Below, in pieces: positions 48,700 through 61,128 of a DNA stretch of 64,000 bases. Numbering within the stretch: position 1 is the first letter of the stretch; each line of letters begins with the position of its first letter. The DNA comes from Amoebophrya sp. A120 (Eukaryota > Protista > Dinoflagellata), in the NCBI GenBank assembly GCA_905178155.1, contig CAJINV010000005.1:7370989-7434988 (forward strand), read 5' to 3'. The notes beneath the pieces are model-generated. The model saw only the letters and a list, made by a program, of their open reading frames with translations, did not search any database and was not told the origin of the DNA. The position numbers and the translations under genes are program-made.

Positions 48700-51600
48700 A
48701 TGCTAGCGAAACTGCAAAAGTCCCTGACCCGCGGGGGGTCCTCACGCTCCACCTCTCCAGCCAATAGTACCAAGTCCCCCAAGCACCACCAGCATGACAG
48801 CTTTAGTAACCAGCCCGACAGCCAGCAAACCACGCGGCCGGGGTATCCTGAGTAAAAACGTCCCCACACCAGAGTTGTCATGCAAATCTGCATGCCAAAA
48901 AAGTTTAAGTTTCTCATGCTGAGCCCCATGAAAGGCATTTTCTAATCGTGTTTTGGGATTTGTGATGCTATAATCAGCATGATATACTAGATCTGTGATG
49001 CTGCTGAACTACCTAAACAGGATTACATTACAAGGACAAACTTGTCATGCGAAACAGCCAAAGCTGGTTGATTTGTCTAGCAGATTTACCATCTTGACTC
49101 TGGTGTGGGGACGTTTTTACTCAGCATACGGGGTCGCCCGGCCTGGATTCGCTCGCGGACTCGGAATATGCATTACAAAAGTATCGTGCGCGTATAAAAA
49201 ATGCATCACAAATTTCCTCAGCATGAGCAATAAAATTTGTAATGCGGATTCAGCTTGTTGAAAACAAGATTTGTATTTTGCATGTTTGCAATTACTACGA
49301 GCACGATAGTACTTTTGCACAGTATACGGAAGTCAATCAGCCCCAGCCGGTTTCGGACATGCCGCCGAAGTACAACAGTAAGAAGCCGGAAACACAGCAG
49401 CAGATTGAAATCGAAAATAGAAAACAGGAATACATCAAGCCGCAGGTTTGTTTCAACTTCTACCACGGATCGGAACCGACGAAAAAGGTATCAAATGCAA
49501 ATGTGTCTGGGTCTGGAAGGTTGTCATGCATCTTCAGGATCACACGAATGCTCTGGAATGCACGAAAGCGCATGACAGATCATGCAAGAACTTCGTAATG
49601 CCTGTTTCGCATGAGAACTTTGCCCTGTTCCTAGAAAGAAGAGAAGGACTTTTGGCGTTCACGCAACACAGACTCCTCTACGATCCAGACTTGGCATGAC
49701 AAGTTCCAGACCCAGACATATTTGCAATGCATAGAAGGTGTTCCACCACATTTTCGACTTGGAGCACGAGATGCTATGAAAGTGCACAACTGCCCTTGCT
49801 CCCCCTCATTTGTATTGCATGAACAGCAACACAAGCGTCAGACAGAATACAGGTTTTGCATGACAAATTTGGACAGGAGTGTAGTTCTATTGGGGCAGCT
49901 GCTGCCAGAACTTGTCATGCATAATAGTGGCAGGAGGCAATGCGTAAACTAGGTATTTTGCATGAGAAATGAGAACGAGGGGGAGTTCTGCACTTTCATA
50001 GATGCTGACCAGAATTCAGAAGCTGACCAAGCCGAAGGAGTTGACGGCCCGGGAACGGCGGAACAACTTGAGGTTCGCAGAATTAACCACGAAAATGCAC
50101 AACCAGCTGGAGACGATCGATAAAAACAAGGAGATGCTGAAGAAGGTGATGACGGAATCCGATGAGGAGCGGATGGCCAAGGAAGACGTGAAATCGAAAG
50201 AGGAACTGGAGATGGAGAAGAGATTACGAAACGCGTCGAAGGACAAGGACGGGCAGATCGTGACGATCGACGAGGTATCCAATGCAAATATGTCTGGGTC
50301 TAGAAGAGTCATGCTGCTTTTGCATGACACAGAAGGTCTGGCGTGGAAGCTCTAGCATCACAGGTTTCGAGAAGCTTCGGCGCTGCCGAATCCGCATGAC
50401 AAAGGCGCTATTTTAGTGACAAAAAGTGAGCAGCTTTTGCTGCCTGTGCATGAGAGATTTTTATGTGTTGTGAAATGCGCATCACAAGTCTGCATTCATC
50501 TTCTACGACCCAGACACTTTTGCATTTGATACGAGGAGGAGGAGCTGGACAACGAGAACGAAGCGAACAACGACGGGAAAGTGTTGCAGAAACACGTCGG
50601 GTATCCACAATAAATTTCCCGTACACGACTTACAATTGCGGTCTCTGCATGACAAAACTTGGCTTCGATCCTAGTTTAGCATGACAAGTTTTTGGTGAAA
50701 TTTGTAATGCAGCTTGTACATTTACGGTAAATTTGTCTTGCATATCGGGTTGACCTACGAAGACGTGAAGTTGGTTCTCGCGCGGCATTTGAAACGACCG
50801 GTAGGTATCCTGAGTAAAAACGTCCCCACACCAGAGACAGAGTCAAGATGGGGATTTTGCAACACAAACCTATAGAGCTTTGGACGTCACGCATGACAAG
50901 TTGTCGCATTCCATAGTGTACTAGTGCAGGTTTTAGCAGGTGCAGCCGCATCACAGATCCATCTGCCTGTCCTGTCCACGGCATCAAAAATTCCAAAACA
51001 CGATTAGAATGCGCATCACAAATGTCCTCGTCAATGCAAACCTGCATGACAAGAACTCTGGGGTGGGGACGTTTTTCCTGAGGATAGTCGGGACGGTGTT
51101 TTTATCCATGATGGAGGCGAAGGATGTGGACAAATTAGTGGAGGTGGAAGATGACAAAATGACGGACCCGAAGGAAAAACAAGCGAAAATTGACGCAGAA
51201 ATCGCAGCGAAGGCGAAAGCAGGGTATAGTAATAGTTCTTGTGATTGATAGTTGTTGATGTTATTTTTTTGATATGCGAAATTATTGGTATGATAGAGAT
51301 AGACGGCGAGGAGCTGCTTCTTTATCTTTCGTTTGATGAGATGCAACAACCGCAAGTTCTTTAAGGAACTGTCGAACATCAAAGTCAAAATCCTAAACTA
51401 TGGCGTTCTCAAATGTTACATTCTCAACTGTTACATGATTTGTCATGCAAAAACACCATCACTCTTAACACGATCAAGCCTTCTCCGCATGACAACTTCT
51501 TGACGCGCTAGATAGCATTACAATCTGTCCCAAACCTGTAATGCAAAAGGCGCAACATTTTCCCTTTCACTTTTGCCATTCTTGCATTACAAACTTCATG

Positions 51601-54600
51601 TAACAGTTGAGAATGTAACGTTTGAGAACGCCATATTAAACCACAGTTCCCCCCTGACCGCCAAAGCCAAGTCCAAGACCGGCGCAGCCAAAGCGGCCTT
51701 CGCCTCCAATATCACAGGAAAAAAGTGTTACAGTTGTTACACACTCGTTGCAATTTCAGCATCACAAAGTTGCTCTGCATAGCAACAAAAACTTGTGATG
51801 CGCAGACTGTAAAGGAAAACACTAAAACGCACCATGAAGTAAGGCTGGAGAGCATTTCCTGCATGACAGAGGTTGTCTGTCTTGCTGGTCTTGCATCAGA
51901 GGGATAGCTGTAACACTTTTTTCCTGCGATATCCAAGCCGAAGATGTCAATGCTGTCCCGGATGCGCACCACGGTCGCGGGGAAGCTGATGGGCCCGGCC
52001 GCGATGAAAGAAAACGACTTAACCTACATATTGTCCTTCCCGATCTCCCGAATAAAATCCGGCGAGAAAAAGCGGTACGCCCCGTTGCACTTCGAGCGGT
52101 GTATGCGGCAGGGGTACGCGATCGACATTCCGAAACTTTCCGCCGAGCGCATCACCCGAGCGGATAACAAGACCATCCTTTCCTTCGGATCCCCACGGGA
52201 GAAATCGAAGCGGGCGAACCGGCTCGAGGGGTTTGAGAAGTACAAAGAGGGAGAATTGTACTTCATCGCGGAGATGGGGGCGAAGTATTACGCGAAACCT
52301 TTGACCAATTTCGAGAAAACGAAGCACTTCTGGAACTTCGACATAATTGCGGAAACGGCGAAAACCAACGTGAAACAGAGGTTTGAACCGGGGGTGATCG
52401 AGGAATTGTCGAAGAAGATGGCGTTGCTTGCGAAGAAGAACAAATCCGTTCCATTGGCGGAAAAAAGGAAACCGAAGACCGGATTGCGCACGATGGATTA
52501 CCAATGTTCCGTGCCGTTAGCGGAGCGAAGAGAATCGGAGTTGACGGAATCGGAATACAGTGAGATATGAATTGCAAAAGTATCCTACTAGTAGTCATTG
52601 CAATACAAATTTCCTCCGCATGATAGCTGGAATCATTTATCATGCTGTTTTACCTTAGGGGCAAGATTTGTCATGCCTAATTGCAATTCGTACGAGTGCG
52701 ATACTTTTGCACAGGATATGAGACCGACTCGGACGATTCCATTTTGTCGCCCGAAGAGATCTATCAAATGCAAAAATGTCTGGGTCTGGAAGATTCTTAC
52801 ATTTGTCATGCATGGCTGACATGACTCGAGACTCTGTGATGCAGGGGCACGAAAAGGCTCGCCTATCTGTCATGTAAAAATGTTGTTTCTCATGCGGAAT
52901 ACGCAACACATAGCAGCTCAAAAAGTTGTCATGCTTGGCTGCGTATTGCAGTCCGGCTATCATCCGCTTTTAGCATTATAAGTTTCCAGACCCAGACTAC
53001 ATTTTTGCATTTGATAAGATCCGGCAAAGGCAGTTGTACAAAGTTCCGAAGAAAAAGAAAGAGGAAGTTGAGGAACCGTTGCGGAAAAAACCGAAAATCC
53101 CGACGTTTTACATCACATTCGGGATTCGGGAGCGGTTCACTCTGGATAAGGAAATCGACGCTTCGAAACGGATATGCAATGCAAAAGTGTAAAGTGCTTG
53201 CTCCTCGTATATTTTTGAATTGCATGCGCGCATGACAAACCCGCTCCTGATGCTGAATCAGCGTGACAAATTCCATCTGTCATGCTGAGCTGATTTGTAA
53301 TGCAGTTACCACTACAACGAGGACCACTAGAAGCACGATAATACTTTTGCACAGCATAGCGCAAACCGGGCGTGAAAGAGATGATGCTGCACTGGCTCGA
53401 AAACCGGTTGGCGAACAAAATCACCGACATCGACGACGAAGCTTCCGGTTACCCCGCATTTGCTATCAAAAGGAAAAATCCCCCCTCCCCATATCGGCAT
53501 GAAGTTTCTGATGCTGGATTTGCGTACACAAATCAGGTCTGTCTTGCTGGAGAGGACTGCAGGCATATGCCAACACTGAGGCGGGTGGTTTTGACGTAGG
53601 CGACTAGCATGTCAAATGTCTATGGTGTAAGCCCGATAGCATCACAAACCGCCTGCATAATGCGGCGGACTCTCTGGCTTTGCCTTCGTGCAAGACAGAG
53701 GGGGTTTGTCGTGGCGACCAATCTGCATCACAAATTTTCGGGCGGATGCGCTTTCAATATGGGGAGGGGGGATTTTTTGTCACAATATTTGCCGGTCCGG
53801 AAGGGTATGCGGAGTGGGAGTTGATGCGGCAGATCCGGAAGAGGTGTAGCGACATGTTATGCATTGCAAAGCAATCGTATTCGTACCACTAGTATAAATT
53901 GCATTACAAATTGACTTAGCCTTAGAAATTGACTTTGTAATCATGCGGATTTGCCTTAAGAGAAAGATTTGTAATGCGGAAACGCCATTGGTACGAGTAC
54001 GATGATTTTACGATGCATACATGTACTTTCACAACAAATCCGACGTGGAATTATTGGAGAAGATCCACAACTCCGCGAAGTCCTTGGAAATCTCCTGGAT
54101 GTTCCTCTGTATGAGGGAGTACGAGACCCGGGTGTTTGGCTTCCGCACCCCGCGGTTTGAAATCGAAAGACGAATCGCCAAAGCGAAGATGGAAGAGGAG
54201 GAACGAGAACGGAAGAAAGCAGAAGCGGCGAAGAAAGCGGAAGAAGAGCGGAAAATGGCGATCATCCGGGGGGACATTCCGCCAACACCAGTGGCTGTTT
54301 CCAAAACAAAATCATCTTCCGCTGCGGTAGTGCCAATTACCGGAGTTTCGACCGATTCGCTAGGAGTTGGTGCTGTTTCTGCAGCAGTTGCAATCGCGTT
54401 CGGGACACCAGCAGCTTCATCGAGGCAAAATTCGTCGCGTGCGAGCTCCCGGAGGTACACGAGCACGGTGGGTGTGCAGGACATCTTAGGAGATGGCGGC
54501 ACAGAATCTTCGTCCGTAGCCAGCTCCCGGGGGGACAACAGGATCGAGCTTAAAAAACTGGCAGAAGTTGATGGCTTGATTCAAACCTTGACCCAGAAGC

Positions 54601-57600
54601 TCTGCTACGACACAGCGAATGGGGATGTGCCCGGGGAAGAAAAACTGGACGAAGCAACGGCGCGGCTAGGAGGGGGAATAGATAACGCAAAAAACAAAAC
54701 TTCTGAAGACGGTAAGGAACAGCAACAAACCACCAACGAGCTGCAGTTTTCTAACCTTTTGGAAGAAAACTTGATTAAGTTAGACATACAAAACGAACAT
54801 AATAGTGGAGAACGACTACCAAAAGAGGAAACAAAAACGGGTCCGCCACCACCGGTACCAGCAGCAGCACCGGGTGACGTTGTACTTGTAGCAGAGAAGA
54901 ATAAAGACACGACCACCTCTACCCCAGCCGTTGTTCCAGAAGTCCCTACCCTCAACATTCCGGACCCAAATACGCCAGCACCAGCAACCCAACAGCAACC
55001 ACAACCTGGCGCACCAGCAACCACACTCACCGTATTTGCAACCGCTCCCGTCCCCAAGCCCAAGCCTCCCTCCCTCGGCACGGGGTTTGGGAACTTCGCG
55101 GGTAATCTTCTCGCCGGGGCGAAACAGCAAACTTTAGGAGAAATTGTCGTGCAGGATGAGCAGATGGACCATAAATTGTGCAATTTAGAGTTTCGCGAAT
55201 ACCCGGACAAGTACACGTTTTTTACGACCCACTACATCTCCTTGACTTTCCAAAACGAGCCGATGTTTCCGCAAATGTTCCTCGCGTTTTTCTTGCACGA
55301 ATACGGAAATTTGAAAATCGAGATTGAGAAGAACTGGCTCCCCAACTTTCGCGTGATGCCGGACGCAAAGAAGTATTTGGAGAAGCTCGAGGAAGAGAAA
55401 ATCCAGTTGGAATTGAAAAAATCCGAGCACAGCCGGGATTTTCACGCACTCAGTACTGAGGAGCTGTTGAAGATGAAAAAAGAAGGGCTGGGAATCGCGG
55501 AAATGCGGCAAAAACGGGTGGTGGAGGTGGATTTCATGCGGAAGCAAAAGTTGGACAAGATGGCGAAGCAGTTTGTCGCGGTCGAAAAGCGGAGGGAGCT
55601 ACAACAGCAGAGAAGCCGATCTACCTCGAAGGACCGAGATTCCTCGATCGGCGCAAGCAGTCTGGCGTCGCCCAAAGCCGGGAGTAAACAACCGCCCGGG
55701 GTGCACTTCCAAGACCAGAAGGGGAGACAGGGTGGTGCTGCTTCACCGAAGGTTTTATCCCGACCGGGCTCTGCGAGCAGTGTTTCAAGACCGGGATCGG
55801 CGGCTTCAGACGCTGGGGTCGGAAAGAGCTCCAGGGGCAGTCTTGGAGGTGCGGGAAATCAACAAGTGAAGCACGCGGCGACGATGCCTGCGTCGCTAGG
55901 CGGAGCAGGCACAACTTCTAAATCCGCAGGCATAAGCGGAAAGGCAGCGCAGATTGGCGGTACGCCGATCGGGTTGCAAGAGAAGCCGAAAGAGGAATCC
56001 GGTTCGGGAAGCGCAGCTTCTTCCGCTGCGGATGATGAGGAAAATGAATTGGGGAAAATCGAAGAAGAAAACGGGACTGCTGGGGATGCGGAAAAGGAAG
56101 GAGAAGCCGCAGGAGGTCCATCTGGAATAAAAGCCGCTGCTGGGACTTCTCCTGGCAAAGCTGGGACAAAGGCTGCTGCGAAGGCAAAGGGAAAGGCGAA
56201 AGCCGGACCTGCTGCTGGACCAAGTGCGAAAGCAACTGCAGCAACCGGTGCAGCTAGTCCTGCGAAAGCCGCGGCCACAAGTAGCGGAAAAGCCAGCGCT
56301 GGCGCCCCGAAGCAGAAGGCCAAGGCGAAACAGCAGGCGGCAGAAAGCAAATCTGGTCCTGCGAACAAACAGGCGGCTGCACTGGAAAAAGAGGAAGGAG
56401 GTGCAGCTGCTGCACCGGGCAGCGGCTCCCCGGCAGGCTCACGGAAATCCACCCCCAACAAGTCAGGCTCTGCTGCCAGTTCAAAATCCCAATCCAGGTC
56501 TGGGTCGGCCACCAGTCAGACTGGTAATATTGGCGGTTTGGACACGAAACCGAGTGGAGAACAGGATGACAGACTTGCGATGGAGATTTCCGGGCAATTT
56601 GGGTCTGTCGAGGAAGTTTCAATCAAACTCGACGAATTGAAAGACAAATCGTTAGACGATGACGGAAATGCAGATAAATCCTCCAACGCATCTAACCTCT
56701 CCGGCCTTTCTTCCGGTTCGTCTGCGAAAGCGAAGCCAAAAATTGCACCGAGGCGAACCGCGACGCGCGTCCAGCGTGGCGGCACAACGGTGTTTATCCC
56801 GAGTTCAAGCTCTGAGTCGTCCTCCGGCTCGGATTCTGATTCCGATAGCGACAAGAGTAGCAAATCGAGCAAGGGGTTTGTGCGTTCCTCGGATAGCGAC
56901 CAGAGTGAGGACGATAGTAAGAACGCGAAAAAGGATAAGAAGAAAAAGGACAAAGAAGGGACTTCATCTTCCGCGGAGGAAAATAAACCAGCACCAGAGG
57001 AGCTCGAATACAGTGATACTGACGGAGAAACCGACCTGTACGCGACCACCAGCTTCCGACAGAAGAAGATCATTCGAAGGAGATTGCTCTACATGTGCAA
57101 GTTAAAGCACCGCGAGTTTTTCGAGAAATTGGCGATTATGCTGAACTTTTCCAGCACGAAATGGTGCTTGCGGGAGTTGTATGCATTGCAAAAACATCGT
57201 ACTAGTAGTACTCGCATCACAGATTTGCTCGGCATGACAAATGGAATTTCTCATGCTGATTTACCTTGAAAAAGAGATTTGTCATGCATAGATGCGATTA
57301 TTACGAGTGCGATACTTTTGCAATGCATAAGTTGTTCAAGATCTACTGCGGGGTGTCCATTCTGGTCCGGAACCGCGGGCGGGACAACGTGATCCAGGAC
57401 AGTTTTCTCGACGAGCGGACCAGCTGGTGGAAGCTTCTGTTGAGGGAAATCATCGAAGTCCTCTGGTACAGCTTGCCCCCGCAGGACGCGGCAGATTTCG
57501 TCGACAACGAAAATTACCTCCTGTGCTCCCCCTTCTTCACGATTAAGCTAGCGAAGAAGTGCTTCGAACTAATTCCGACCTTTACCTGGGCCGACAACGA

Positions 57601-59901
57601 GTGGAAGGGCAAGATCATGCAGAAAATCATCCTGCGGGTGGCGATATGCATTGCAAAAGTTTCGTACTCGTATTAGTAATCGCAGTCATGCATTACAAAT
57701 CTTTCTATCAAGGTAAAACCGCATTACAAATTCCATTTCTAATGCTGAGCAAGTTTGTAATGTGATTTCCACTTCTAGTACGTTGCTTTTGCATTTCATA
57801 AGCGAAGTCGAGCACGAGGTCGATCACCGGAAATGTTCCGCAAGTCGTTTCCGCCGGCACGGGGAACAAAGGAGCGAAGACTATGAACTGCAAAAGTATC
57901 GCACTCGTACGAATTGCATTTATGCATTGCAAATTTCTTTTTCAAGCTAAATCAGCATGACAAATTTCATTTGCCATGCTGAGCTAATTTGTATTGCATG
58001 CAATACTACGAAAAATACCACGGTTGCTTTTGAAGTGCATAAAGACTTCTGCGCAGCAAGTTAGGGCGAAACAGGCGGAACAGAGACTGAAGCTGAACAA
58101 GCAAAACCTCGTATCCTGAGTAAAAACGTCCGCACCCCAAAGCTGTCGTGCAAATGTGCAACGACAGGAACATTTGTAATGCGCAGCTACATGAGAGGCA
58201 TATCCATTCGTGTATTGGGATTTGTAATGCGGTAAACAGGATGAGAAAATGGCTTTGTCATGCAGCTTCCCTTGACAACCACAGCTACACTGCAGAGGGA
58301 AACTTGTCATGCGCAACTCCCAAAACTTGGAGATTTGTGTTGCTACATTCCCAACTTGACTATGGGGTGGGGACGTTTTTGCTTAGGATACTTCAGGCAC
58401 AGCGAACAGACCCCGATCATGAAAACGCTCGTCGACTCGCCGACCGGGTGGCTGTTTTACTCCATGTGGGCGAAGTTACCCGATGAGGAGCCGTTTACGG
58501 TAGACTGGAAAATAGAAACCGAGGAACTCGCGATGCGCATCATTCAACCGCAGAGCCAGCACTGGAAACTGAACGAGATGTATCAGAGCGGCAAGATACA
58601 AGTCCCCGATCACAAAGACCCGGAGAAGAGAGCAGCTTCAGGTCATTCTCTGGACAGTACCGGAAGCTTTGGCGCGGGGTTTCTGCAGCAATTGGAGCAG
58701 ATCGCGGAAGAGCAGAAGCCGAAAGCCGTGGCAGCGGGGGAAGAACAAACCCCAGTTGCAAAGGCAGCTGGTGCGGCGCCACCTACCGGCGAAAAAGGAG
58801 ATCAGGAACAATCTCCAGCGCCTCCGACCACGCTCACTTCCCCGGGCGGGATGCACGATAACGTGAAGATCTACTACATTCCACCAGGCCGGGAATTCGA
58901 CGACGTGCCGTGGTATCTCGAAGGGCAGGTGGAGAAGAAGAAAAAGGCCGCGTCCAAAGACGACGTGCAGAAGGAACTCGCGCGGGCGAATATCATTTGT
59001 AAAAACGTCCCCACCCCAGAGTTGTAATGCAAATCTGCATGCTGAAAATATTTCTTATGCGGAGACCCATGAGAAGCAGTTTCTGTTTCCAGTCGTGGTT
59101 TGGAACAGTCATGCTCAAAGCAGCATGATGTGCTAGATCTGTGATGCTGCAGCTTAACTAGCAGCTAAACAGGACTACACTACGGGGCAAAACTTGTCAT
59201 GCGCAGCAGCCAAAGCTTGTCGATTTGTCTTGCAGATTTCCCAACTTGACTATGGAGTGGAGATGTTTTTACAAATGATAGCGAAGCAGAAGGAGGAAAA
59301 CCGGCTGGCGCGGATCAAGTACTGGGAGGATAAAAAGCAGGCGGAGGAGGAGCAGAAGCGGCTGTACCGGGAAAAGATGAAGAAGGTGCAGGAACTGCAG
59401 TTATGGATTGCAAAAGTGTCTGGGTCTGGAAGGTTGGAACTTGTGATGCTGCATTTGGATTCCAAAAAAGCTTGTATTGCATGAGCAGCAAAGAGAATGC
59501 AATTTTTGCAACGCAGAGAGGACATTTGTCATGCGGACTAGGCATCAAGATGCCCTCAAAAAATCTGTGATGCTAGGGCATGCATCACAGACATCATGGG
59601 TCATGGAAAACCTGCATGACAAGTCTCAGAATCTTCCAGACCCAGACATTTTTACAATCCATAGCAGTACATCGCGTACAAGTGGCACGAGATGGGGAAA
59701 ACGCAGCCGAAGAGCAACCCGTACGACACAAGTTTGAAAAAGTACGAGCAGGAGCTGCCACTGCAACTGGAGCTGAAGGAGTTGAAGGAGCGCACCATTC
59801 GAAACGACAAGGGGCTGTTGCGGGAAAGCGGGGATTTGAGCCCGATGCGGCGAAAAATCCTCGAAGACGCCCTGGCCGGGGATCGGGTGAAGAAGCAATA
59901 G
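48700..59901 (+). CDS. Large hypothetical coiled-coil/low-complexity protein, ~2196 aa, 21 introns
   Basis: ATG at 48700. Continuous frame after removing 20 elements and one 78-nt intron (6591 nt). Stop TAG at 59899-59901. Confidence 0.75.
48844..49128. mobile_element. Introner family D
   Basis: TSD CGGGG. Confidence 0.92.
49167..49326. mobile_element. Introner family B
   Basis: TSD CGGAA. Confidence 0.9.
49489..49733. mobile_element. Introner family A
   Basis: TSD AAAGG/GAAGG. Confidence 0.9.
49775..50000. mobile_element. Introner family E
   Basis: TSD GATGC. Confidence 0.92.
50276..50531. mobile_element. Introner family A
   Basis: TSD CGAGG. Confidence 0.92.
50602..50744. mobile_element. 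Introner, singleton family (TATCCACAATAAATTTCCCGTA)
   Basis: TSD TCGGG. Confidence 0.88.
50806..51086. mobile_element. Introner family D
   Basis: TSD GTAGG/GTCGG. Confidence 0.9.
51224..51302 (+). other. Short AT-rich intron, boundaries ambiguous
   Basis: Frame requires removing 78 nt (GT..TA or TA..AG) or an upstream GC donor. Confidence 0.55.
51399..51635. mobile_element. Introner family F with 6-bp TSD
   Basis: TSD CTAAAC/TTAAAC. Confidence 0.88.
51710..51931. mobile_element. Introner family H
   Basis: TSD TCCAA. Confidence 0.92.
52566..52718. mobile_element. Introner family B
   Basis: TSD TGAGA. Confidence 0.92.
52762..53016. mobile_element. Introner family A
   Basis: TSD AGATC. Confidence 0.92.
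53173..53358. mobile_element. Introner family B
   Basis: TSD ACGGA/GCGCA. Confidence 0.86.
53464..53787. mobile_element. Introner family G
   Basis: TSD TTTGC. Confidence 0.92.
53858..54019. mobile_element. Introner family B
   Basis: TSD CATGT. Confidence 0.9.
57180..57329. mobile_element. Introner family B
   Basis: TSD AGTTG. Confidence 0.92.
57645..57800. mobile_element. Introner family B
   Basis: TSD GGCGA/AGCGA. Confidence 0.9.
57882..58041. mobile_element. Introner family B
   Basis: TSD AAGAC. Confidence 0.9.
58112..58390. mobile_element. Introner family D
   Basis: TSD CCTCG/CTTCA. Confidence 0.88.
58991..59280. mobile_element. Introner family D
   Basis: TSD GCGAA. Confidence 0.92.
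59402..59663. mobile_element. Introner family A
   Basis: TSD GCAGT. Confidence 0.92.
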
Positions 59902-61128
59902 GTGGTGGAATTTGTTTTATACTTATTTCATGGTGGTCCTCGTTGTCTAGCATGTTGCGCATGAGAAGAAACTCTACAACTGCAAGGTGGAGCTGCTGCA
60001 GCTGCCGCGTCCTAATGTGGTAGTCGTGGTGAAAATTACGTATAACACGAACTGTTATTTTTGTACGATGTAAGTTTCTACTTTTCTTGTGGTACGAAAA
60101 TGATCTTCCTGTGCTACAATGTACAACAACTCGGAGAAGTTTAAGTTTGTGGAGCCGTAATTGCAAAGAACACAATAAATCCGAAACTCGTATAAACTAC
60201 TGCTTTTGTCTCGCTCTCGTCCTTTTCGGGGCAGCACGTAGAATTCAAAACAAAACTATGACTTTGACGCACGGAAAATGAACTCCGCTTGCTACTTGTA
60301 TGATTCTTGTTTCGCTCTGTGACATCGACGACGCTCTAGTGTGTGTGTAAGAATTGTGGACATTATTGTACCATGGTCATCCTCATCTGTTCTTGTTGTC
60401 ATCCTCATCTCGTCTTGGGTGGATGTGGCACAGCAGAAAGATTGCCCGTCCAACCGATCGTGGTCCTGTACGCGCAATTTTGTCAACACAGTGCGCTTCA
60501 TTGTTCAAAGTAGGAGCAGAAAGACGAGCACGCGCTCTCTTTCTCTCCGCGCCACGAATTGCTCGCCCAAGCTGAGGGCGCCGGTCGGTAGTTCTTCGTG
60601 TAGGAGAAGTCACTAGCTCATTGCTTTAATCTATTAAAAACACGACAGGCGGGTTACAGCGCATAATTCTGAACTTGATTCAGCTCAGAGAAGTTGGCGG
60701 GCTTTCTCCCTAGGCTGCTAATTTTGCAGCAGCACGAGTGATGTTCTCTTTTCTGTATGGCAGACGTAATATTTGTATTTCATCGTCAGCAACCTCCACC
60801 TCATCCGCTACTTGTAGACGTGGAAAAAAATTCCACCTCGCTTGAATAGTACGACCTCCCCCCCGAGCGCATGAGTATTACCATTAAGTTGTGCAGATGA
60901 AGTACTTTAGTTCTTTCCTCGAGTGATTGCAAAGTGTGACCACCTCCATCTGATTTGCACGACCCCTATTTCGCCTGTCCTTCATCAAGTAGAGTACAAA
61001 CAGAACAGTTTATGTTGCTCCGCTAGTCCTCGTACATCACGTAAGAAGTAGAAGTTAGTATGTAGAACCAACTTCTCTATCAAGCAAATACAAATCACCG
61101 ACATCTATCTTTTGAAGAAAATCAAACC

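Noticed and set aside
216-59663. Recurring TGTCTGGGTCTGGAA / TTCCAGACCCAGACA repeats as a CRISPR array
   Set aside because: They are inverted pairs bounding dispersed elements in eukaryotic genes, with no regular repeat-spacer units and no cas genes.
111-59737. Many short ORFs sharing peptides such as MQKCLGLE, FQTQTFLH, KMSGSGR and YEYDTFA
   Set aside because: These are translations of the element TIRs in different frames, not a protein family.
4455-59901. Genes as transposon-riddled pseudogenes
   Set aside because: No stops or frameshifts remain after element removal, and conserved motifs are intact.
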